Below are positions 33,460 through 42,146 of a stretch of 64,000 nucleotides of DNA, piece by piece (the stretch's first letter is position 1; each line of letters opens with the position of its first letter). The notes beneath the pieces were generated by a model, which did not search any database, was not told where the DNA came from, and saw nothing but the letters and a program-made list of their open reading frames with translations. Position numbers and translations under genes: made by a program. This stretch comes from Lachnospiraceae bacterium (GTDB lineage Bacteria; Bacillota; Clostridia; Lachnospirales; Lachnospiraceae): positions 11,830 to 75,829 of the forward strand of contig JAGAQJ010000002.1 in the NCBI GenBank assembly GCA_017622845.1, written 5' to 3'.

Positions 33460-34536
33460 ATGAGAACTTATTTGGTAACCGGAGGTGCAGGTTTCATTGG
33501 GTCAAATTATATTCACTATATGTTCAGAAAATATGATAATGAAATCAGGATTATCAACGTGGATGCCCTGACTTATGCCGGCAATCTGGAAAATCTTAAG
33601 GACATTGAGGACAGGGAAAATTACACCTTTGTGAAAGCTGATATCACGGATAAGGAAGCCATTGCAAAGATTTTTGCTGAAAATGATATTGACAGGGTCG
33701 TGCATTTTGCCGCAGAGAGCCATGTTGACAGAAGCATCAGAAATCCTGAGGTTTTCGTGCAGACCAATGTACTTGGTACGGCTGTAATGCTCAACTGCGC
33801 CAAGGCAGCTTGGGAACAGGAGGACGGAAGCTTTCAGGAAGGGAAGAAATTCCTCCATGTATCGACAGACGAGGTATATGGCTCTCTGGAAAACGAGGGC
33901 GAGTATTTCTATGAGACAACTCCGTATGCGCCGCACAGCCCTTATTCCGCAAGCAAGGCATCTTCGGACATGCTTGTGAAGGCTTACATGGATACCTATA
34001 AGTTTCCTGCAAATATTACAAACTGCTCAAACAATTACGGACCGTATCAGTTTCCGGAGAAGCTGATTCCCCTGATTATCAATAATGCACTGCAGGGCAA
34101 GAAGCTTCCGGTGTATGGAGACGGCAAGAATGTGCGTGACTGGCTTTATGTTGAGGATCATGCAAAGGCAATCGATATGGTACAGGAAAAGGGCAGACTG
34201 TTTGAGACCTACAATGTTGGCGGACACAATGAGAAACAGAATATTGAGATTATCAATATTATCATTGAGACGCTTCAGGAGCAGCTTTCTGATGATGACC
34301 CGAGAAAGAAGCTTGTTTCAAAGGACCTGATCACCTATGTTGCGGACAGAAAGGGGCATGACAGACGTTATGCGATTGCTCCGGACAAGATTAAGGCTGA
34401 GATTGGCTGGGAGCCGGAGACGATGTTCAAGGACGGCATCAGGCAGACAATTAAATGGTACTTTGAACATGAGGACTGGATGAAGAATGTCACAAGTGGA
34501 GATTATCAGAAGTACTATGCAGAGATGTACAAGTAA
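33460..34536 (+). CDS. rfbB: dTDP-glucose 4,6-dehydratase
   Basis: Signatures are VTGGAGFIGSNYI, the catalytic YSASKASSD, and the typical C-terminus WYFEHEDWMKNV. Confidence 0.95.
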   Translation: MRTYLVTGGAGFIGSNYIHYMFRKYDNEIRIINVDALTYAGNLENLKDIEDRENYTFVKADITDKEAIAKIFAENDIDRVVHFAAESHVDRSIRNPEVFVQTNVLGTAVMLNCAKAAWEQEDGSFQEGKKFLHVSTDEVYGSLENEGEYFYETTPYAPHSPYSASKASSDMLVKAYMDTYKFPANITNCSNNYGPYQFPEKLIPLIINNALQGKKLPVYGDGKNVRDWLYVEDHAKAIDMVQEKGRLFETYNVGGHNEKQNIEIINIIIETLQEQLSDDDPRKKLVSKDLITYVADRKGHDRRYAIAPDKIKAEIGWEPETMFKDGIRQTIKWYFEHEDWMKNVTSGDYQKYYAEMYK

Positions 34537-34695
34537 TAGAAATCATTCCAATACAGGGAACGTCAATGCCGTTAAGGCAGGGGCGTTCCCGCTTTGGCGT
34601 AAAATAATAAACGAATAACAAAATACAGACAGCGGCTGTCCGGTATGACGATTCTCAGAACAAAAGAACCCGGATAGCCGGGATGGAGGGTGAAA

Positions 34696-35565
34696 ATGAA
34701 AGGGATTATATTAGCAGGCGGTTCGGGGACAAGACTGTATCCGCTGACAAAAGCGATTTCAAAGCAGATTATGCCGGTGTATGACAAGCCGATGATTTAT
34801 TATCCGCTGTCAACGCTGATGCTTGCCGGAATCAGGGACATTCTGATTATCTCGACGCCGAGAGACCTGCCGGTATTTGAAGAGCTGTTCGGCACAGGAG
34901 AGCAGCTTGGACTTCGTATGGAATACGCAGTTCAGGAACAGCCAAGAGGTCTTGCCGACGCATTTATCATTGGTGCGGAGTTTATCGGTTCGGATTCCGT
35001 AGCGCTTGTGCTTGGAGATAACATTTTCTATGGACAGAGCTTTTCAAAGCTTCTTCAGAGAGTGGCAGCAAAGGAAAGCGGAGCGACCATATTCGGATAT
35101 TATGTAAGGGACCCGAGAGAATACGGCGTTGTAGAATTTGACAAGGACGGAAAGGCAATTTCCATCGAGGAGAAGCCGGAGAAGCCCAAGAGTAATTACG
35201 CGGTTCCCGGACTTTACTTTTATGATAATGATGTTGTTGAGATTGCTAAGAATGTTAAGCCTTCTGCAAGAGGAGAGATTGAGATTACAAGCATCAACAA
35301 TGAGTATCTGAAACGCGGCACACTGACCGTTGAGACAATGGGACGCGGCTTTGCATGGCTCGATACCGGAAATCATGACTCTCTTTTGGACGCTGCTGAT
35401 TTTGTGTGCGCTTTCCAGAAAAGACAGGGACTTTATATCTCATGTATTGAGGAAATTGCATACAAGAGAGGTTTTATCACAAGAGAGCAGTTGTTAAAGC
35501 TTGCGGAACCGCTTATGAAGACTGAATATGGAAAATATCTTGTAGAGGTTGCAAATGGACTCTAA
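34696..35565 (+). CDS. rfbA: Glucose-1-phosphate thymidylyltransferase
   Basis: The sequence reads [40 protein letters not shown] prefer the ATG at 34696 (GGAGG 6 nt upstream) to the GTG at 34690. Confidence 0.95.
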   Translation: MKGIILAGGSGTRLYPLTKAISKQIMPVYDKPMIYYPLSTLMLAGIRDILIISTPRDLPVFEELFGTGEQLGLRMEYAVQEQPRGLADAFIIGAEFIGSDSVALVLGDNIFYGQSFSKLLQRVAAKESGATIFGYYVRDPREYGVVEFDKDGKAISIEEKPEKPKSNYAVPGLYFYDNDVVEIAKNVKPSARGEIEITSINNEYLKRGTLTVETMGRGFAWLDTGNHDSLLDAADFVCAFQKRQGLYISCIEEIAYKRGFITREQLLKLAEPLMKTEYGKYLVEVANGL

Positions 35566-36862
35566 GGGAAAGAGAGCCGCGGTCTTGATTGTACTCTGCT
35601 CTCTGCTGGCAGTGATGGCAGGCGTTGCGGCGGTGAACTATAACCGTCTTATGGGAAACGGGAAAAAAGAGCCGGATGTACAGGATACGGCAGACGTTTC
35701 CAGTCAGGTCATTGAGCCGGATGGAAAAGTACACGGAGCTGATTTGTCGGCATTTTTGAGGGACAATGACTTTTTTGACCCACAGGAGGCGGACAGCTCC
35801 GGTCAGACTGCATCGGACGAAAATAGCACAGAGAGCGTGTCTGTGCGCAGTCTCACGATTCTTGCAAGCTCTGTGGAGCGCGATATTCGTGTTAAGATTG
35901 TCGATGACGAAGGAGAACCGGTTTCCGGCCAGGACTTTATGGTGGAGGTCGCTGATACCGGAGTCTATGTTGACGAGGACAAGGACGGTGTGCTCCTCAT
36001 ATCGGATATCAAGCCGGGCGAATACAGCCTGACATTAAATGAACAGGAAGGATTTGAGGTGCCTGCAGACCCGGTGCATGTCAGGGTAAAATCCATCGTT
36101 TCTTATACCGTGATAGATGATATCGATTTCTTTGTACATTCGGAGTCGGAGGTAGATATCTTAAAAGACGATACCGAAGCGGCAGATATCGACAGCGGGG
36201 ACGAGGATGATACGCAGTACACGTCGCTGCTTGATCTGGATGAGGAGCGTGAGAATGCTGTTGCGCTCGGCATTGATGTGTCAAAATGGAACGGAGACAT
36301 TGACTGGGAGGTTGTAAAAGCCGAGGGTGTTGATTTTGCAATTATCCGCTGCGGCTACAGAGGCTCATCCTCCGGATGGCTGATAGAAGACCCTTATTTT
36401 TATCGGAATCTGCAAGGCGCTCAGAAAGCAGGCATTCAGGTAGGCGTGTATTTCTTTACACAGGCGACGGACCTTGTGGAGGCTGTTGAGGAAGCAAGTA
36501 TGGTTGTGTCGCTGCTTGGAGACGTTCCGCTTGATTATCCTGTATTTATTGACACAGAAGGGGCTGGAGGAAACGGAAGGGCAGATAATCTGGACCCCGG
36601 CACGCGTACCGCGGTTGTGAATGCGTTCTGCCAGACCATTCAGAATGCAGGCATGGAGGCAGGCGTCTACGCAAGCCGCAACTGGTATCTTAACAATCTG
36701 AATCTTGATGAGCTGGACGCACCGAAGGTCTGGCTTGCTGAGTACAGACAGACGCCGCAGTATGAGGGACGCTATGACATGTGGCAGTATACCTCCAGCG
36801 GTTCCGTTGCAGGCATTGAGGGACGGGTTGACCTGAATATCAGCTACCTTGGGATTGAATAG
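35555..36862 (+). CDS. Membrane-anchored GH25 muramidase with an Ig-like middle domain
   Basis: I prefer the ATG at 35555 (AGAGG 6 nt upstream). The signal anchor is [20 protein letters not shown]. The GH25 domain reads [32 protein letters not shown]...DMWQYTS...GRVDLNISY and is paralogous to the C-terminus of the 29600 gene. Confidence 0.85.
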   Translation: MDSKGKRAAVLIVLCSLLAVMAGVAAVNYNRLMGNGKKEPDVQDTADVSSQVIEPDGKVHGADLSAFLRDNDFFDPQEADSSGQTASDENSTESVSVRSLTILASSVERDIRVKIVDDEGEPVSGQDFMVEVADTGVYVDEDKDGVLLISDIKPGEYSLTLNEQEGFEVPADPVHVRVKSIVSYTVIDDIDFFVHSESEVDILKDDTEAADIDSGDEDDTQYTSLLDLDEERENAVALGIDVSKWNGDIDWEVVKAEGVDFAIIRCGYRGSSSGWLIEDPYFYRNLQGAQKAGIQVGVYFFTQATDLVEAVEEASMVVSLLGDVPLDYPVFIDTEGAGGNGRADNLDPGTRTAVVNAFCQTIQNAGMEAGVYASRNWYLNNLNLDELDAPKVWLAEYRQTPQYEGRYDMWQYTSSGSVAGIEGRVDLNISYLGIE

Positions 36863-36921
36863 CCTTGCGGAAATGATATGGAAGGAATTTAGAGAAAGGA
36901 ATTAGAAAGGATTTAAGAAAA

Positions 36922-37488
36922 ATGGGAAAAATTACAGTAGAGGAATGTATGGCTGACGGAATGGTCATAGAGGGATTAAAGGTGATTACTCCTCAGGTAT
37001 TTGGAGATAACAGAGGTTATTTTATGGAGACCTACAATTACAATGATTTTAAGGAAGCAGGGATTGATCAGGTATTCGTACAGGACAACCAGTCTGCATC
37101 AAAGAAGGGCGTGCTCAGAGGACTTCATTTCCAGAAGGAATTTCCGCAGGACAAGCTTGTCCGTGCAGTAAGGGGAGAGGTATTTGATGTGGCAGTGGAC
37201 TTAAGAGAAGGCTCTAAGACTTATGGGAAGTGGTTTGGAGTGCTGCTGTCAGAGGAGAACAAGAAGCAGTTTTTTATTCCGAAGAATTTTGCGCATGGTT
37301 TTCTTGTTCTTTCCGATTATGCGGAGTTCTGCTATAAATGTACGGATTTCTACCATCCGAATGATGAGGGCGGACTTTTATGGAATGATCCTGATATTGG
37401 AATTGCATGGCCGATACCCGATGGAATGGAGCTTACATTCTCGGATAAGGATACGAAGTGGGGCGGAATAAAGGAATTTAAGAGATGA
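36922..37488 (+). CDS. rfbC: dTDP-4-dehydrorhamnose 3,5-epimerase
   Basis: Signatures are VITPQVFGDNRGYFMETYN, RGLHFQ and AHGFLVLSD. Confidence 0.95.
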   Translation: MGKITVEECMADGMVIEGLKVITPQVFGDNRGYFMETYNYNDFKEAGIDQVFVQDNQSASKKGVLRGLHFQKEFPQDKLVRAVRGEVFDVAVDLREGSKTYGKWFGVLLSEENKKQFFIPKNFAHGFLVLSDYAEFCYKCTDFYHPNDEGGLLWNDPDIGIAWPIPDGMELTFSDKDTKWGGIKEFKR

Positions 37489-38486
37489 AAAAGGGATTAT
37501 CCAAGGGTGCGGTAAAGCTCCTTGTCACATTTGCAGCAGCAGTGCTTGCTGCAACAATTATCATTCACCATAATCCGCTGGCAGACCAGCAGGAGGAGCT
37601 GGTCAAGAAGGTGGCAGCCTGCCTGATTATTGTCGGTGCATTGGCGATTTTCTACAGATTTTATGACAGGCTTGTGACATTACCGGTGGAATTATGGCAG
37701 TCACGTGCTTTAATCTGGAAGCTTGCCAAAAATGATTTTAAGAACCGTTATGCAGGCTCTTATCTGGGACGGGTGTGGGCATTTACACAGCCTGTTGTCA
37801 CGGTGCTGCTGTATTGGTTTGTGTTCGGCCATTTGATGATGGCGGACAAAAAGGAAGTTTTGACAGCCGGTGTGGAGGCGCCGTATGTATTGTGGCTGAC
37901 AGCCGGACTCGTTCCATGGTTTTATTTTAGCGAGGCGTTTAGCAACGGTACGACATCGCTTCTTGAGTACAGCTACCTTGTGAAAAAGGTCGTATTTAAG
38001 ATTAGCATTATTCCGATTGTGAAGCTGATTGCGGCATCGTTTATCCACATTTTCTTTGTTGGCTTTATGCTTGTAGTTTACTTCTGCTACGGATATAAGC
38101 CTGACATTTATCTGCTGCAGCTTATTTATTTCAGTTTCTGTCTGTTTATGCTTGTGCTGGCGCTCAGCTATGCAACATGTGCGATTGCAGTCTTTTTCAG
38201 GGATTTGATGCAGATTATTAATATCTGCTTACAGATTGGAATGTGGGCAACACCGATTCTATGGAATATTTCTATGCTTGACAATGAGCCTGTACTCCAA
38301 TGGATTATTAAATGCAATCCGATTTTTTATGTCGTAAATGGATATCGCGACGCGATGTTTACGAAAACATGGTTTTGGCAGGACTTTTATTCGACGGCAT
38401 ATTTCTGGATTGTCACAGTCGTGCTGTTTGGCTTGGGGGCATTAATATTCCGCAGGCTGAAGGTACACTTTGCAGATGTGTTGTAG
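37485..38486 (+). CDS. ABC-2-type polysaccharide/teichoic-acid exporter permease (Wzm/TagG-like)
   Basis: It has an ATGA overlap with rfbC. The signature is LIWKLAKNDFKNRYAGSYLGRVWAFTQPVVTVLLYWFVFG. It has six TM helices plus an extra N-terminal helix. Confidence 0.85.
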   Translation: MKKGLSKGAVKLLVTFAAAVLAATIIIHHNPLADQQEELVKKVAACLIIVGALAIFYRFYDRLVTLPVELWQSRALIWKLAKNDFKNRYAGSYLGRVWAFTQPVVTVLLYWFVFGHLMMADKKEVLTAGVEAPYVLWLTAGLVPWFYFSEAFSNGTTSLLEYSYLVKKVVFKISIIPIVKLIAASFIHIFFVGFMLVVYFCYGYKPDIYLLQLIYFSFCLFMLVLALSYATCAIAVFFRDLMQIINICLQIGMWATPILWNISMLDNEPVLQWIIKCNPIFYVVNGYRDAMFTKTWFWQDFYSTAYFWIVTVVLFGLGALIFRRLKVHFADVL

Positions 38487-38499
38487 TAGTGGTTGAGAA

Positions 38500-38590
38500 G
38501 TCTCAAGCCAGGATACGTGGATTTGATGCCGCGAAGCGGTCTGGCGTGGCTTGGGGTCTGTAACAGGAAGCCGCATGGCTGAATTGTTAC
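38500..38590 (+). repeat. Composite hairpin repeat (modules 2+3) between the permease and ATPase genes
   Basis: The outer stem is TCTCAAGCCA/TGGCTTGGGG, enclosing CCGC-GAA-GCGG. It is followed by GTAACAGGAAGCCGCATGGCTGAATTGTTAC. Base pairs are compensated relative to the copy at 9214-9285. Confidence 0.75.
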
Positions 38591-38611
38591 GTTTCAATAA
38601 TGGAGAAATGT

Positions 38612-39979
38612 ATGGAAGATAAAAAAGAAGAGATTGCGATAGCGGTGGAGCATGTCTGCAAGGTCTATAAGCTTTATGACAAGCCGTCAGACAGACTCAA
38701 GGAGGCGCTGAAGCTTACCAGAAAGCAGAAATATCATGAATCTCATGCGCTGTCAGATGTAAGCTTCGATATCAAACAAGGCGAATGCGTCGGAATTATT
38801 GGAACGAATGGTTCCGGTAAATCGACGATATTAAAAATAATAACAGGTGTTCTTAATCCCACCAGCGGAAATGTCAGGGTAAACGGAAGAATTTCCGCGC
38901 TTTTGGAGCTGGGTGCAGGCTTTAATCAGGAATATTCCGGCATGGAGAATATTTATCTGAACGGAACCATGAACGGATTCTCTAAGGAGGAGATTGATGC
39001 AAGACTACAGGATATCCTTGACTTTGCGGATATCGGCGACTATGTTTATCAGCCGGTAAAGACTTATTCAAGCGGTATGTTTGTGCGCCTTGCGTTTTCT
39101 GTGGCAATCAATATTGATCCGGAGATTTTGATCGTCGATGAGGCGCTCTCTGTCGGGGATGTATTCTTTCAGGCAAAGTGCTATCACAAGTTTGAAGAAT
39201 TCAAGAAAATGGGCAAAACGATTATGATTGTCAGCCATGATTTGAGCAGCATTGCGAAGTATTGCGACCGGGTTATCCTGCTGAATCAGGGCGTGAAGCT
39301 CGGGGAAGGTTCTCCCAAGGAAATGATTGATGATTTCAAGCGGGTTCTTGTGGGACAGTACGAACTGCCGGAAGCAAGGTCTGAAAAAAGCCTTTTAAAT
39401 GATGCTGAGGTTCAGGAGGCAGTACAGACAAAGGCTGCTGCCCAGAAGCGTGCACGCGAGCATGGCGATGACCAGTCCAAGACGCTTGAGTATGGTACGA
39501 AGGAAGCGGAGATTGAGGAAATCTATATCACAGATGACCGTGGGACGAAGACCAATGCCATCATCAAAGGGCTGGAATTCGGCATTCATATGAGGGTAAG
39601 ATTTCATCAGGATTTGCCGGCGCCTATTTTTGCTTTCTCTATAAAGACAGCAAAGGGCACGGAAATCACAGGCACGAATACCATGTTTGAGAAGGCATTT
39701 TTAGAGCCTGTGAAAGCAGGCGCTGTCAAGGAAATCAGCTTCACGCAGAAAATGTCGCTCCAAGGAGGAGAGTACCTGATTTCCTTTGGCGTGACAGGCT
39801 ATGAGGGCAATGATTTTAAGGTATATCACAGACTGTATGATGCCCTTGATGTGACCGTCGTATCAGATAAAAATACGGTGGGCTATTATGATATGGATTC
39901 TAAGGTTGTGGTCAAAGATGCCAAAAAACAGGAGGACGGTACGATTATAGAATTTAAAAGCAGCAGTTCAGCCATGTAA
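38612..39979 (+). CDS. ABC exporter ATPase (Wzt/TagH-like) with a C-terminal Wzt_C-type glycan-binding domain
   Basis: It has Walker A GTNGSGKST, the signature YSSGM and Walker B ILIVDEALS. A ~150 aa beta-rich C-terminal domain follows (EIEEIYITDDRG...ISFGVTGYEG...YHRLYDALDVTV). I prefer the ATG at 38612 (GGAG 6 nt upstream) to 38600. Confidence 0.85.
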   Translation: MEDKKEEIAIAVEHVCKVYKLYDKPSDRLKEALKLTRKQKYHESHALSDVSFDIKQGECVGIIGTNGSGKSTILKIITGVLNPTSGNVRVNGRISALLELGAGFNQEYSGMENIYLNGTMNGFSKEEIDARLQDILDFADIGDYVYQPVKTYSSGMFVRLAFSVAINIDPEILIVDEALSVGDVFFQAKCYHKFEEFKKMGKTIMIVSHDLSSIAKYCDRVILLNQGVKLGEGSPKEMIDDFKRVLVGQYELPEARSEKSLLNDAEVQEAVQTKAAAQKRAREHGDDQSKTLEYGTKEAEIEEIYITDDRGTKTNAIIKGLEFGIHMRVRFHQDLPAPIFAFSIKTAKGTEITGTNTMFEKAFLEPVKAGAVKEISFTQKMSLQGGEYLISFGVTGYEGNDFKVYHRLYDALDVTVVSDKNTVGYYDMDSKVVVKDAKKQEDGTIIEFKSSSSAM

Positions 39980-40019
39980 AAGGGCATTATAAATAAAAAG
40001 AAGCAGGTGGAGAGGGAGT

Positions 40020-42140
40020 ATGGAAGAAAGCAGGGAGAGAATTTTAGAAAAGATAGGCAGTGTCACAATGGACCTTACCTATTATCCGGGAGAGGATTTT
40101 TATACGGACGGAACCATAGAAGATGAGATGCTTGAGATTGCCATGAATAATCCGCCGGAGCATTTTCCAAGGATCATAGAGGAACGAAAAAGCTGGCCGA
40201 TATTTTATCATCTCTCACCATTTCGGACAAATATCATTGACTGGATTCCTTTTAAAAAGACGGACAAGGTGCTCGAAATCGGCGCCGGATGCGGTGCGAT
40301 AACGGGTGCGCTTGCAAGGAATGCGGGCAGTGTCACCTGCGTCGACCTGTCCAAAAAGAGAAGCATGGTGAATGCTTACAGAAACAGAAATTATGATAAT
40401 ATCACGATTATGGTCGGCAATTTTAAGGATATCGAGCCGTATCTTGAACAGGATTATGACTATGTACTGCTCATCGGAGTGTTTGAGTACGGACAGGCAT
40501 ATATCGGCGGCGCTTCTCCCTATGAAGATTTTATGCGCATCTGCAACTGTCATCGTAAGCCGGACGGACGGCTGGTGATTGCTATTGAGAATAAGTTCGG
40601 ACTGAAATATTGGGCAGGCTGCCGTGAGGACCATCTTGGAACTTATTTTTCGGGGCTTGAGGGCTACCGCGAGGGCGGCGCGGCAAGAACGTTCACAAGA
40701 CACGGACTTGAGCAGATTCTTGAGAAGACCGGAATCCACGAGTATTCGTTTTATTATCCGTATCCTGACTACAAGTTTATGACTGCAGTCTACTCAGACA
40801 GGTATCTGCCCCGAAAGGGAGAGCTGACGAATAACCTCAGGAATTTTGACAGGGACAGAGTAGTGCTGTTTGATGAAAAACAGGTGTTCGACCAGGTTAT
40901 AGATGAGAAGGAGTTTCCTCTTTTTTCCAACTCGTATCTGCTTGTAGTCGGAGAAGCGCCTGATGTAATTTATACGAAATTCTCAAATGACAGAGCGCCT
41001 GAGTGGGCAATACGGACTGCTATCGTGCAGGAGGCGTCCGGGGAGCTTCATGTGGAGAAGAAGCCGGATACGCAAGCAGCATGCGGGCATCTTATGAACA
41101 CTAAGAATGCTTATGAGCGCCTTTCAGAGCGATATGAGGGCACGAAAATTGACATCAGCCGGTGTACTGTAATCGATGGTGATATCAATCAGGGGCTTTC
41201 GTTTGCATTTTGCGGCGGTACAACGCTGGAGGCGCTGCTCGACGAATGCCTTGCAAAGGCGGATGAAGCAGGCTTTCAGGCGCTGATTGACGAGTATATG
41301 CAGTGGCTCTGTTATCGTGAGGAGGAATGCGCTGTCAGCAATGTTGACTTTATCTTTCCGAATATTCTTGTCGACGGCGGCAAATGGCACGTGATTGATT
41401 ATGAATGGACGTTTGATAAGCATATTCCGGCAAAGGAAATTGCTTTTCGGGCATTTTATAATTATATGCTCGGCGGCGAAGCCAGAAAAGCGTGTGAGGG
41501 GCTTCTCATGAGGGATATACTGGGTCTTGCCGGGGAGCAGCTTCAGGAAGCTGTTGCGCAGGAGCAGCGTTTTCAGAAGCGTATTACGGCAGACCATGCC
41601 TCTGTGGAAAAAATGCGTGAGCTGATTGGAAACAAAGCATTTGAATTTGGCGGTATCATGGAATACTGCAAGTATGCGGACAGCAAATTTGTTGCCCAGC
41701 TCTATATCGACTATGGTGAGGGCTTCAGCGAGGAGCATATCGTCATACTGAAGGACTGCTATGCGGAGGAGAAGTATCTGCGGTTTGCATATGATATTCC
41801 TGACCATGCAGTCAGGGTGAGAATTGACCCGTGTACCTATCCCTGCGCGGTGATTGTCCGTGAGATTAAGGCAGGAGACAGGATTTATCCGGCAGCTTCG
41901 CTTGCAACGAGCGGAAGCATGCAGGAGTGCGGCGTACTGGTATTTGGAGACAACGATCCGAATCTCACGGTAGAGGCAGAGGGCGGACAGACACTCACGG
42001 TTGATTTGGAGGTTATGGAGCTTCCGCCTGTGCTGGCGGAGCAGCTTGTGCAGGATGCACGGGAGAAGGAGGCAGCGGCTGTTGAGGCGGAGCGTTCCGG
42101 AGTAAAGCGTCTCTGGCATAAAATAAAGGACAGGACATAG
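40020..42140 (+). CDS. Class-I SAM-dependent methyltransferase with a ~450 aa C-terminal extension of unknown function
   Basis: Motif I is VLEIGAGCGAITGALARNAGSVTCVDLS. The post-I/II blocks are NITIMVGNFKDIE and YVLLIGVFEY. The remainder is not recognised. The C-terminus is E/A-rich and helical. Confidence 0.7.
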   Translation: MEESRERILEKIGSVTMDLTYYPGEDFYTDGTIEDEMLEIAMNNPPEHFPRIIEERKSWPIFYHLSPFRTNIIDWIPFKKTDKVLEIGAGCGAITGALARNAGSVTCVDLSKKRSMVNAYRNRNYDNITIMVGNFKDIEPYLEQDYDYVLLIGVFEYGQAYIGGASPYEDFMRICNCHRKPDGRLVIAIENKFGLKYWAGCREDHLGTYFSGLEGYREGGAARTFTRHGLEQILEKTGIHEYSFYYPYPDYKFMTAVYSDRYLPRKGELTNNLRNFDRDRVVLFDEKQVFDQVIDEKEFPLFSNSYLLVVGEAPDVIYTKFSNDRAPEWAIRTAIVQEASGELHVEKKPDTQAACGHLMNTKNAYERLSERYEGTKIDISRCTVIDGDINQGLSFAFCGGTTLEALLDECLAKADEAGFQALIDEYMQWLCYREEECAVSNVDFIFPNILVDGGKWHVIDYEWTFDKHIPAKEIAFRAFYNYMLGGEARKACEGLLMRDILGLAGEQLQEAVAQEQRFQKRITADHASVEKMRELIGNKAFEFGGIMEYCKYADSKFVAQLYIDYGEGFSEEHIVILKDCYAEEKYLRFAYDIPDHAVRVRIDPCTYPCAVIVREIKAGDRIYPAASLATSGSMQECGVLVFGDNDPNLTVEAEGGQTLTVDLEVMELPPVLAEQLVQDAREKEAAAVEAERSGVKRLWHKIKDRT

Positions 42141-42146
42141 GGCTTA

